A DNA stretch of 32,000 bases from Flagellatimonas centrodinii (GTDB lineage Bacteria > Pseudomonadota > Gammaproteobacteria > Nevskiales > Nevskiaceae), in the NCBI RefSeq assembly GCF_016918765.2, contig NZ_CP092105.1:79160-111159 (forward strand), written 5' to 3'. The position numbers and the translations under genes are program-made. This document shows positions 8,394 to 16,320 of this stretch, one piece after another. Under the pieces are notes generated by a model. The model was not told where the DNA came from, ran no database searches, and was given only the letters and a program-made list of their open reading frames with translations. Numbering within the stretch: position 1 is the stretch's first letter; each line of letters begins with the position of its first letter.

Positions 8394-9299
8394 CTATCGG
8401 TGAGGCGCGCGGATGGCAACGACTTTAGCCCCGGGGTCGCCATCGTCGACAGGGTGGAGATCCGACCCTGAAGCCGCAGCAGCGGTTTCGGCCGGCGCTG
8501 GCCAAAGATCTACTTCTACTTCGCTGCGGCCATGCTGCTGGTATCGGGGCATCACGATGCCGGCGTCGACGGTGCCGCCGGCAGGGAGTGGCCTGAGCAT
8601 CTTGGCCAGGGCGGAATCAGTGCCGCGAAGAACCTGTCCCTCGGAGCTGGTGACCAGTGAAAACAGCGGGAGCGCCTCCCAGCTATAGGCCTCATCAAGC
8701 CGAACGAGGGACCACTGTAGACGCGGTGGCGCCATCCGCGGTGACGGGATCGGTCCCTCGAGGCGCCAGGTGTAGCCAGGCGGTAGCTCCCGGTTGACCT
8801 TCGGAAGGAGCTCGCCCGAGAGCACGGAGCGCTCGATCAGGGTCCACTCGTAGGCTGCAGATATCGACCAGATGTCCCGCATGGCGGCATAGGTGGTTAT
8901 CGCAGGCATCAGGCCGGCAAGCTGGTCTAGCCCCACTTTGTCGACGTCGACGGCGAACAGCAGGGCAGGATGCGATCGAAGTGCATTGAGCACGCACAAC
9001 TCAAGTCCATGCAGGTAGCTCAATGGTCGACGGACGTGGTCGTGAATCACGCTCTGAAGCTCAAGTTCGGATAGCCGGAAGCGCATTCTGGCCAGACCGT
9101 ACGAGATATCGCCGGTAAGACGGCCGACCTGGTAGAGCGATACGTCGGTAATCAGTTCATTGCCTCGGCCGACGATGACCACCATGCCGGGCGCGCCAGG
9201 CGGAACGAGCGTGGCCAGCACCTCGTGGGCCTGGGCGACCCGGAAAAGCGGATCGGTCGAGGTGGCGGCCGTGTTGGGGGGCCCGATCTCATCGGCCAC
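8394..9299 (-). CDS. Hypothetical protein (301 aa), co-oriented downstream of the Tus-like gene
   Basis: GTG start preceded by GGAGGAG. No motif recognised. Confidence 0.55.
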   Translation of the reverse strand: MADEIGPPNTAATSTDPLFRVAQAHEVLATLVPPGAPGMVVIVGRGNELITDVSLYQVGRLTGDISYGLARMRFRLSELELQSVIHDHVRRPLSYLHGLELCVLNALRSHPALLFAVDVDKVGLDQLAGLMPAITTYAAMRDIWSISAAYEWTLIERSVLSGELLPKVNRELPPGYTWRLEGPIPSPRMAPPRLQWSLVRLDEAYSWEALPLFSLVTSSEGQVLRGTDSALAKMLRPLPAGGTVDAGIVMPRYQQHGRSEVEVDLWPAPAETAAAASGSDLHPVDDGDPGAKVVAIRAPHR

Positions 9300-9371
9300 G
9301 CGGGGACTCCTCCGGACATCCGGCTCTGGTATTCGGCGGCAGGCTCGAGGCGCAACTGATCGTGGGCGGGC

Positions 9372-10298
9372 TCATCCCTCATTTAGAGGCGCGTCGGTGC
9401 CAGAATCGATTGATTTGGAGGCCTGACGTTCCCGGTGTTGATAGAGGTACCTGTAGACGTGCAAGCGCGGCAGGAGCGGCTCGAGCTCGACCTTGCGATC
9501 GCTGCGGCGGCTGGTGGGAACATCGACCAGATCCGATAGCATGTTCAGGCCGGGCCACCGGCCGGCCGGGATGAATAGGGGCAGTGCCCCGGGTATCGGT
9601 GGGAGCGGCTCGCCATCGATCCAAACAAGGAGCTCCACATGGGGAGCCACCGGCTTGCGAATAACCAGCACCTCGGCATCATGCAGTCCTTCCAGGGCCG
9701 CGAGTTCGCGCTCGATCGTTTCGTCGGACAGCGTGCCACGCTGTCGCCGCTCAGCGTTTTGGATTCGCCTGCGGACATCGGCCACCGTCAGCCGTTTGCC
9801 GGTGGTTGCGCCGCGGTTCCAGAAGAAGCTGACACGCTCCGGCGGCTGCTGAAGCATATGGAGCTGGCGGTAGACCTGCAGCCGCTGCACGTGGGCGAAT
9901 GGACGCATTTTGCGAACCTGAGTGAAGGTGTACTCGTCGATCGCCCTCCCCCGCTCGGCGAACACCTTCTTTGCCCGATTGACGTCCTCCAGCGCTTCGA
10001 GCGTCTGCGGTGAGCATGCCAGCAGACCTGGAGCACGTACGCTGGCCACCGGCGCCTGGCCAGGCCGGTAGTTCATGAGGGACAGTGCGGCGGCCGCCCA
10101 GTTTCGAGCGCCCTCGCCTTCTAGGCTGTTCACCGCCATGGTCCGTTGTGCCGCCGGCGAATCACGCTCGGCCAGGACCGCGGCGTATGCCGGAAGGCGA
10201 CCGTCAACCCGACGGACGCAATCGGACAGCTCCGACAAGGCGCCGCGGACCCGGTCATAGGCGTCCAGCAGCCCCACAAAGACTTCAGGCTCAACCAT
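9372..10298 (-). CDS. Tus-like (DNA replication terminus site-binding protein family) candidate
   Basis: Preferred start is ATG 10298 (MVEPEVF...) with AGAGGTGGGT upstream, not 10340. At 308 aa it is the same size as E. coli Tus. Collinear matches to my recollection of Tus, ours listed first: VRAPGLLAC vs VRLPGVLCY; LQVYRQLHML vs LNAYRTLTVL; VSFFWNRG vs LRFGWANKH; VIRKPVAPHVELLVW vs KIKRPVKVQPIARVW; LLPRLHVY vs IIPRLHLY near the C-terminus. Confidence 0.55.
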   Translation of the reverse strand: MVEPEVFVGLLDAYDRVRGALSELSDCVRRVDGRLPAYAAVLAERDSPAAQRTMAVNSLEGEGARNWAAAALSLMNYRPGQAPVASVRAPGLLACSPQTLEALEDVNRAKKVFAERGRAIDEYTFTQVRKMRPFAHVQRLQVYRQLHMLQQPPERVSFFWNRGATTGKRLTVADVRRRIQNAERRQRGTLSDETIERELAALEGLHDAEVLVIRKPVAPHVELLVWIDGEPLPPIPGALPLFIPAGRWPGLNMLSDLVDVPTSRRSDRKVELEPLLPRLHVYRYLYQHRERQASKSIDSGTDAPLNEG

Positions 10299-10308
10299 AC
10301 CCACCTCT

Positions 10309-10327
10309 TTTATAAACCATCCCCCTA
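10309..10327. repeat. Left arm of a perfect 19-bp inverted repeat (TTTATAAACCATCCCCCTA)
   Basis: Exact reverse complement of 10464-10482. Ends 10 nt upstream of the Tus-like start codon and abuts its SD. Confidence 0.9.
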
Positions 10328-10463
10328 GTACACCAGCCACCCCACTCCTGCCACCCCCACCCGCTATCCCCCTGACCCACCGACATTTCTTTTTCTCTTT
10401 TCCCCCTCTTCTTCTCCCCTCTTAAAGCTTGGGCGGCCGGGGCTGGGGCTGGGCGCCCTTGTT

Positions 10464-10482
10464 TAGGGGGATGGTTTATAAA
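10464..10482. repeat. Right arm of a perfect 19-bp inverted repeat (TAGGGGGATGGTTTATAAA)
   Basis: Exact reverse complement of 10309-10327. Lies 26 nt upstream of the ATG at 10509. Contains a TATAAA -10-like hexamer. Confidence 0.9.
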
Positions 10483-10508
10483 CGGGGGTGCGCACGGTCT
10501 AAGGGATC

Positions 10509-12668
10509 ATGACCCGACGCCGCAACAGAACAACCATCGACGGCCGCGTCTTGCGCGCCTGGCGAAGTCCGACAGGCTCGGCGGTGGCCCAACTGCAGGT
10601 CGAGAGCGAGATCGTGCCGGTGCTGGCCAAGAACATGGCGCTGGTGAGCGACGAGGTCGTCTGTCTGGAGGGCAAATGGACCTCGCACGTCGGTTCGGGC
10701 CGCCTGTTCCTGGCGGCAAAGATCCGGACGCGCCCTCCCGAGAGCCTGGCCGCTTCGGCATCGATGCTGGCGGAGGCCTTGGAAGTCGATATCGGCGACA
10801 TCAACCGGCTCATCAGCCGCTTCGGTGACGACCTGCTGAGCGTGCTGGACGGCGGCCATGCGAAACGGCTCACGGATGCCGGATTCGACGCCGGCATGGC
10901 GCGCACCATGATGACGAACTGGGCTTCGCATCGGTCGCACCAGGCCTTGGCACCGCTGCTGGGGAAGCTCGGCCTCGACGAAGAGGCGCTGGAAGCCCTC
11001 CGCAATGTGTTCGGCAGCTCCGTCGATCTCGATCGACAGCTCCGCGAGCAGCCCTACAACGTGATTCTGCATCTGCCGACCGCACAGTGGGATCGCGTCG
11101 AACGGGTCGCTCGTGAGTTGGGGATAGCCGAGGATGCACCCCAGCGGCTGGATGCTGCTGTCATCGCCGAGCTGCGAGCTCGAGGGTTCAGCGGGCACAC
11201 CTACATGACCCTCGATTGGCTGAGGGAGGCCGCCCTGGCCAGGTTGGGGCTGAGCGAACGAAAGACCGCGAGACGCGCGCTCGAGGCAAGAATCGACACA
11301 CTGCGGGCCGAGCGCCTGCTGACGATTGATGCCGACCGTGCATTCCTGCCACAGGCTTTCGAGGAAGCGGCCGCTCTGGCTGAAGGGGTGCTGTCGCACA
11401 GTCGGGCCTTGGCAGACATCGACCCGCCAGACGATCGAGAAGCCCTGGAACACGCGCTATCGAAGATGAGCGTGCCGGAGGGAGTTGATCCGTGGGAGCT
11501 TGGCAGGTTCGCACTGGGCGGAGCGCTCTCCGTGATCTGCGTGCAGGGGCTTGAGGCAGCGCTAGATGTGGCGACGGGCCTCGATCAGGTGTGCGACGTT
11601 CTGAAGATCAAGATGGGGCTCATCTGCCCAACCCTCTGGGCTGAAACCGCATTGAACGAACGTGGCCTGGTGAGTCGGCCGAAAACGCTGCACGAGATGT
11701 TGGGGACTCCGCCGCGGTACGACAAGATCAGCGGTCTGCAGGTTGAGTTGATCGTCATTCTGGGCGCGGACCAGCTTTCATCCGACCAGCTGCACGGGCT
11801 GTTTCGTGCGCGGCCCGACGGCGTTGGGCTGGTTCTGATCGGGGACGACTCGCTGGACACGGGATTCATTCTCGGCCGACCGTTCCGGGATATCGCCAGT
11901 GCCGGCGACGAGGTCGGCGACGCTATTCGCATGATCCGGCATCCGACTGGTGGAGCGCTGGTCACCAGGGCTCGACGCCTAATGGACGCCCCGGAGATGA
12001 TCGGCCGCTTGCAAGGGCGCTTTCAGTTGCCGCTGTCAGCACATGAATGTCGGACTGAAGACGTAGACGGCGCGGTCTACAGCATCGTGGAGCGCGTGCT
12101 TCCAAGGTTGAACGCTCTCGATGAAAGCTACGCGGTCTGTTACCCGCGGAGGGCGGGACTCCCTGATCCCACGGTCCTCGCTGACCGACTGGAGCAGCTT
12201 GAGAGCACTGAAGCAGCGATCGCCTTCGGGCGACGATCTTGGCGGTCCGGGGCAAAGGTCTACTTCACCGAGCCACTGCCAGGGGAGATCACAATCCCGG
12301 CCTTCACCCGACTCGAGCTTCGTCTGATTGATGCCAGTCCGGGACCCTTCCCGGCACGCACCGTCGATGGCCGGGAACTGGCGATTACAGCCGCACAATT
12401 GGAGCGCGCATTTCCTGCGCGGGTGGCACCGGTTCACGCGGTGCTGTGGCAACCGGTTGATACGCTCATCCTGATGCTGCCTCCCGGCCGGCTCCATCAC
12501 GCACGTCGCATCCTCTATTCCATGGCAGCCAGCGCGCGCCGGCGCCTGATCCTGGTTGGAGCTACTGAGGCGTTCACTGCCGCCTTGTCGGAAGACCATA
12601 GCGAGCCTTCAAGTCTGCTAAAGATGACGTTGGTAGGCCGCGCCCATCACGAGAGAGCATCCACATGA
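10509..12668 (+). CDS. RecD2/TraA-architecture SF1 helicase-like protein with degenerate ATPase motifs
   Basis: N-terminal OB/SH3-like segment (VVCLEGKWTSHVGSGRLFLAAKI), an HhH-like region, QPYNVI (RecD2 nPYxL), CPTLWAE...TLHEMLG (APTGRAA...TIHRLL) and a C-terminal RRRLILVG. However, Walker A is replaced by VQGLEAALD and Walker B DE by ILGADQ. Confidence 0.65.
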   Translation: MTRRRNRTTIDGRVLRAWRSPTGSAVAQLQVESEIVPVLAKNMALVSDEVVCLEGKWTSHVGSGRLFLAAKIRTRPPESLAASASMLAEALEVDIGDINRLISRFGDDLLSVLDGGHAKRLTDAGFDAGMARTMMTNWASHRSHQALAPLLGKLGLDEEALEALRNVFGSSVDLDRQLREQPYNVILHLPTAQWDRVERVARELGIAEDAPQRLDAAVIAELRARGFSGHTYMTLDWLREAALARLGLSERKTARRALEARIDTLRAERLLTIDADRAFLPQAFEEAAALAEGVLSHSRALADIDPPDDREALEHALSKMSVPEGVDPWELGRFALGGALSVICVQGLEAALDVATGLDQVCDVLKIKMGLICPTLWAETALNERGLVSRPKTLHEMLGTPPRYDKISGLQVELIVILGADQLSSDQLHGLFRARPDGVGLVLIGDDSLDTGFILGRPFRDIASAGDEVGDAIRMIRHPTGGALVTRARRLMDAPEMIGRLQGRFQLPLSAHECRTEDVDGAVYSIVERVLPRLNALDESYAVCYPRRAGLPDPTVLADRLEQLESTEAAIAFGRRSWRSGAKVYFTEPLPGEITIPAFTRLELRLIDASPGPFPARTVDGRELAITAAQLERAFPARVAPVHAVLWQPVDTLILMLPPGRLHHARRILYSMAASARRRLILVGATEAFTAALSEDHSEPSSLLKMTLVGRAHHERAST

Positions 12669-14506
12669 GTGTGCGCGAGCGCTACAGCTCTGAGGCCCGG
12701 GTGCGCGTACGCGCACACGATGAAATGCGGCGACTAAAGGCCACGCCGTTCACCCCCCTACTCGCGGCCATGGCGCCGTTCTTGCCCGCCCCGGCGTTCG
12801 GAGCGATCGGCATCGGCGCCGGCGTCTTTGCAGCCAACAGGCTGCAGGCGCTGAGGACACTTAGGAAGCCTCCAGAACTCGCAAAGCAACATCGGTTCGC
12901 TGGCCGCGAAGAGACGGGCATAGCCGATCGGATCTATCTCGGACACAGTATTGATTTCCTGACCTACAAATCAGGACTCGAGGCGCTGAGGGAAAGACAG
13001 GGCCGGCTTACCGCCGAAGAGCGGACCGACTATGACAACAGTGTCATCGAGAAGATGTTTCCCTCCTTCACCGACGACAAGAACATGGCAGCGCACATGG
13101 CGCTGCTAGGCAGCCCTGGGCAGGGGAAGACCGAATTTCTGCTGTCGCTCTGCTATCAGCAAGCCAAGCGCGGTGGCGGGATGATCATCTTCGACCCCAA
13201 GAGCGACGACAAGGTGTTCGCACGTATCGCCGAGATCATGCGTTTGACGAACCGCGAGCACGATCTGCGCTACTTCAACCCGGATCGGCCGAATCAGAGT
13301 CACACCTACAACCCGCTGCTTTTCGGGGATGCCCGTCATGTGGTGAGCACCGGAATGAAGCTCACCAAGACACCAACAGGGGGCGACTCGGACTTCTTCT
13401 ACCGGATGACACGCATCGGCATGCTCGCAGCCGTGGTTTGCCTGAAGGCGCAGCCCGAGTGGACACCGATATCGTTCCGAGATCTGGCCCCGCTGTTTTC
13501 AGATTTGGGTCTGTTCGCCGAACTCTGGCAACGCATCCCGGACGAAAACGTCGATGCGAAGGCATTCGTGTATCAGTTTTTACGTATGTGGCTGACACAA
13601 AACCGGCAAGGTCAGCTCGGGCCCGACTATCAGCAATACCTCAAAGTGCTGGCCGGATTGAAAGGCATGGTGATGGATTTCTGTCACGGCCCCTATATCC
13701 GACTGCTGAACTCCTACAACCCGGACATCGACCTGAAAGACGTGATCGAGAACGGGCGGGTGTTGTACGTGGGCTTCTCCGCCCTTTCTGACAAGCAAGG
13801 CAGCAATGTGTTCGGGCGGCTGCTAATGGCAGATGCGGCACGCGCACTCGGGGAGATCTACACCCAGCGAGTCCGGCCGGCCGTGTCATGCATGATTTTC
13901 ATGGACGAATACGGCTCCTCGGCAGACGAAGCCGACCTCGAGCTGTTTCAGATGGGTAGAGACGCCAATGTCCCGATTGTGGCAGCCGTACAGGGCCGGG
14001 GCTTCCTCGACTCGGTGAATCAGCACTTCGTCAGCAAATTACTCGACGCAACCGGCTCCCAACTTTTCCTGAGGGTATCAAGCGAGGAGAGCCGCAGTAC
14101 TGCAGCCGCGCTGGCCGGAACGATCATTGCCCGCTTTGGACAGGGGACCGACAGCCGGAACTTCGGCAGTAGTCACAAGAACTTCGAGACCGGGATGCTC
14201 AATCAAGAGAGCCACGGCCGCAGTGTCAGCGTCGGGTCCAGGGAGATGAGAGAGGACATGCTTCAGCCCGAGGATTTCGCATTGGCGAAGGGCGATGCAA
14301 TCCTGTTTTCCTCCTCAGGGGTGCATCGGATGCGCCTGCCACTGCTCACGTTCAAGACCGCGATCCCGCCTAGCGAGAAGGTATGGCTTCCACGCTTTGC
14401 GCGTCCGGAGGTCAAGGGGCTCGACTTGATGCGCCGCTCGATGGAGCACGACACGCACTTCATACACGCCTTCAGCAATGGGGCACTCGAAGACGAGGAC
14501 AGGTGA
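12665..14506 (+). CDS. Type IV coupling protein (TraD/VirD4 family)
   Basis: ATGA overlap with the upstream gene. N-terminal hydrophobic segments, Walker A LLGSPGQGKTE, and Walker B-like CMIFMDEYGS. Confidence 0.8.
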   Translation: MSVRERYSSEARVRVRAHDEMRRLKATPFTPLLAAMAPFLPAPAFGAIGIGAGVFAANRLQALRTLRKPPELAKQHRFAGREETGIADRIYLGHSIDFLTYKSGLEALRERQGRLTAEERTDYDNSVIEKMFPSFTDDKNMAAHMALLGSPGQGKTEFLLSLCYQQAKRGGGMIIFDPKSDDKVFARIAEIMRLTNREHDLRYFNPDRPNQSHTYNPLLFGDARHVVSTGMKLTKTPTGGDSDFFYRMTRIGMLAAVVCLKAQPEWTPISFRDLAPLFSDLGLFAELWQRIPDENVDAKAFVYQFLRMWLTQNRQGQLGPDYQQYLKVLAGLKGMVMDFCHGPYIRLLNSYNPDIDLKDVIENGRVLYVGFSALSDKQGSNVFGRLLMADAARALGEIYTQRVRPAVSCMIFMDEYGSSADEADLELFQMGRDANVPIVAAVQGRGFLDSVNQHFVSKLLDATGSQLFLRVSSEESRSTAAALAGTIIARFGQGTDSRNFGSSHKNFETGMLNQESHGRSVSVGSREMREDMLQPEDFALAKGDAILFSSSGVHRMRLPLLTFKTAIPPSEKVWLPRFARPEVKGLDLMRRSMEHDTHFIHAFSNGALEDEDR

Positions 14507-15063
14507 TGGCATTGGCAGACACATTGATCGGCAGCCAACTGCAGATGCTGCAACAGCCGTGGGATTGCTGGTGGTGGGTCTCGGTACTCGGGTTCTGGGG
14601 ATGGCTGAGCATCGCGCTAGCTTCGACGATTCTGGCGATCACCCAGCTACCCGCGGGGCCCATCGGCGCGATCGCAGGATCATTCACGCCGCTACGTGCA
14701 ATGGCGAGCGAGCAATCGTTCCTTGAGCGGCTTCGAGACTGGGATCTCGACCTGTGGGACATCTGGGATTGGGCAATGCGGCTCGCCCGGTACTACATCG
14801 AAACATTCGGGTTCTGGGGCTATCTGGGCGTCGGGGTGGCGGCGGTACTGATTCTGCTGAGCTTCGACCTGACTCACAGTCTTACAAGCCAGATCATCAG
14901 TGGGACCTACAAGATTCTGATGATCGCGGTATTGGCTGTGGTTGCAAAGCTGCTCCAGCTACTGGCTTCGGCAACGGCGTCGACTGCTATCGCCCGGGCA
15001 CGAGATGCTGCTCGGTTCTACGAAAGTCGCTATCGCCGGGAAGAGCCGGTAGAGCCCGAATAG
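14506..15063 (+). CDS. Trp-rich polytopic membrane protein of the transfer region
   Basis: TGATG overlap with the coupling protein gene. About 4 hydrophobic helices (WWWVSVLGFWGWLSIALASTILAI, FGFWGYLGVGVAAVLILL, ILMIAVLAVVAKLL). Confidence 0.6.
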   Translation: MALADTLIGSQLQMLQQPWDCWWWVSVLGFWGWLSIALASTILAITQLPAGPIGAIAGSFTPLRAMASEQSFLERLRDWDLDLWDIWDWAMRLARYYIETFGFWGYLGVGVAAVLILLSFDLTHSLTSQIISGTYKILMIAVLAVVAKLLQLLASATASTAIARARDAARFYESRYRREEPVEPE

Positions 15064-15117
15064 GTCCTGCCAGGAATGGCACGAAAACGGGAAAGCCGGC
15101 GGTCTAAGGGAAGCATG

Positions 15118-15486
15118 AAACATGTGACCGCCTTGATACTGCCCCTGAGTCTTCTGGTAAGCGCTGCCAATGCCGCCCCGCCCGGCACAGCATATGCCGG
15201 GCCGGGGATACTCGATTTGCGCCGCCCGTCGGTTCAACAGTCCCTTGAACGAACAGCCCGGGCATCGCAGGCGCTGGATGCCGCCATGAAGGAGATCAGG
15301 GCAGCACAGTCGGCATACGCTTTCGCCGGGTTCGACTACGAACGGCTACTGAAGGACCTCTCGACAGCCCGCGAGGCCCTGGACCCGATGCTTCTGATCG
15401 AGGAGCGTCGACTGCGCTACCAAACGCTAGTACCCACTGCAACCTATATCCGGCAGTCGCCGGCACCATTGACCACACCGGAGTAA
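15118..15486 (+). CDS. Secreted small protein, possibly RAQPRD-family-like ICE protein
   Basis: Signal peptide MKHVTALILPLSLLVSAANA|AP. The segment YAFAGFDYERLLKDLSTAREAL recalls the conserved YxFDYxRLxxDLxxxRxGI block of ICE RAQPRD proteins (from memory). The RAQPRD motif itself is absent. Confidence 0.5.
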   Translation, partial: KHVTALILPLSLLVSAANAAPPGTAYAGPGILDLRRPSVQQSLERTARASQALDAAMKEIRAAQSAYAFAGFDYERLLKDLSTAREALDPMLLIEERRLRYQTLVPTATYIRQSPAPLTTPE

Positions 15487-15490
15487 GACC

Positions 15491-15880
15491 ATGATGCGCT
15501 TTGCCAAACCACGCCTGCAGCTGACGAAGGATGCGTCGGACTTTCTGACCTTCCTCACCCTGAGTCTGCTCCCGGTTCTCTGTGCGTTGATGCCCGAGAT
15601 CGCATTCGCCCAGGACGCGTTCGAGGGCGGGGGCTTTATGGGAGATACCGCGCGGTTCATCGAAGACATCGGTGGAATGTGGACCGTATTCAGCTACGTG
15701 TGCATTTTCGTGGCTCTCGTGCTTCTCGCACTGGGGATGTTCATGCCGATGGCCTCGTTTCTGAAGTGGGGGGCGCTGGGAGCATTGGTTGTCGCCGCAT
15801 TTGGCGAGTCATTCGTCACCTGGGCCTTTGATGTGGGCGGGAACAACAACGAGCTCTTGATCGAGCGACGGCAGGGATAA
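15491..15880 (+). CDS. T4SS pilin-like protein (TrbC/VirB2-like)
   Basis: GGAG RBS. Long leader ending AFA|QD, then two hydrophobic helices (VFSYVCIFVALVLLALGMF / WGALGALVVAAFG). Size and topology are typical of conjugative pilins. Confidence 0.6.
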   Translation: MMRFAKPRLQLTKDASDFLTFLTLSLLPVLCALMPEIAFAQDAFEGGGFMGDTARFIEDIGGMWTVFSYVCIFVALVLLALGMFMPMASFLKWGALGALVVAAFGESFVTWAFDVGGNNNELLIERRQG

Positions 15881-15891
15881 TGTTGAAGGAT

Positions 15892-15941
15892 ATATGGCCA
15901 CTGGCGTTACCTTGGATTGCCGGTAACTGCAGTGGCCATAT
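15892..15941 (+). promoter_or_regulatory. Long intercistronic stem-loop just after the pilin-like gene
   Basis: ATATGGCCACTG (15892-15903) pairs with CAGTGGCCATAT (15930-15941). An inner stem GTTACC (15906-15911) pairs with GGTAAC (15922-15927) around a 10-nt loop, with a 2x2 internal mismatch. Only a weak T-run (CCCTTTC) follows. Confidence 0.6.
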
Positions 15942-15965
15942 CCCTTTCGGCGATGAGCACCTGAG

Positions 15966-16316
15966 ATGAGACGGTGTCCTGTGAACGCTCTTGAAGCGTT
16001 TCGATTCCTGGGCCTTCGATACGAGTATCTGATGGTTGGGGTGCTGTGCTTCGTTGTTCTGCATATCGCACTGCGCGGACCATTGGGCCCGCTCGGGCCC
16101 TTTGTGGCGCTCATGTCTGGCGCCGCCCTTGCGCTCATTCTGCAGAAGGCGACCGAGGACAAGCCAGGAGCATGGCTGCAGCACCTGCTGCTGCTATGGG
16201 TGGTCGACCCGCGACGCGCAAAGTATTGGCCTCAGCTCGCAAAGGGGCTCGACAGCCAGTTCCGCCTGCGCGGCGTCCTTCCGCCATCTGCACTGATAGA
16301 CGAATACGAGGTTTGA
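15966..16316 (+). CDS. Small two-TM transfer-region membrane protein (TraL/VirB3-like position)
   Basis: Two hydrophobic helices (YLMVGVLCFVVLHIAL / FVALMSGAALALIL). Called on position in the operon. Weak RBS, so the start is uncertain. Confidence 0.45.
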   Translation: MRRCPVNALEAFRFLGLRYEYLMVGVLCFVVLHIALRGPLGPLGPFVALMSGAALALILQKATEDKPGAWLQHLLLLWVVDPRRAKYWPQLAKGLDSQFRLRGVLPPSALIDEYEV

Positions 16317-16320
16317 GGGA

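Larger units (their letters stand above)
10299..10508. promoter_or_regulatory. Divergent control region between the Tus-like gene and the transfer operon
   Basis: 210 bp with no ORF. It contains both arms of the 19-bp inverted repeat, a homopyrimidine run at 10386-10423, and G4-type motifs at 10354-10378 (minus strand) and 10431-10453 (plus strand). Confidence 0.6.

Noticed and set aside
10299-10340. Upstream extension of the Tus-like ORF to 10340 (MAGVLGGWFIKEVG...)
   Set aside because: The internal ATG at 10298 has a strong AGAGGTGG SD and gives a Tus-sized protein. The extension would also translate through the 19-bp repeat arm.
10464-10482. Direct match of the 19-bp repeat to the E. coli Ter consensus
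   Set aside because: Only a loose resemblance was seen (ATGGTTTATAAA vs ATGTTGTAACTA, about 7 of 12), and the GTTGTAAC core is absent. The Ter-site idea is therefore kept as inference from position and symmetry, not from sequence identity.
10497-10506. 10-mer GTCTAAGGGA recurring at 10497, 15098 and 16940 (with related CGTCTAAACAGGG at 25508), each shortly upstream of a gene start
   Set aside because: Rough expectation for triple 10-mer coincidences in a 32-kb window is a few by chance. The motif also overlaps SD-like AAGGGA sequence, so ordinary RBS similarity is a sufficient explanation. It is not strong enough to call a regulatory element.
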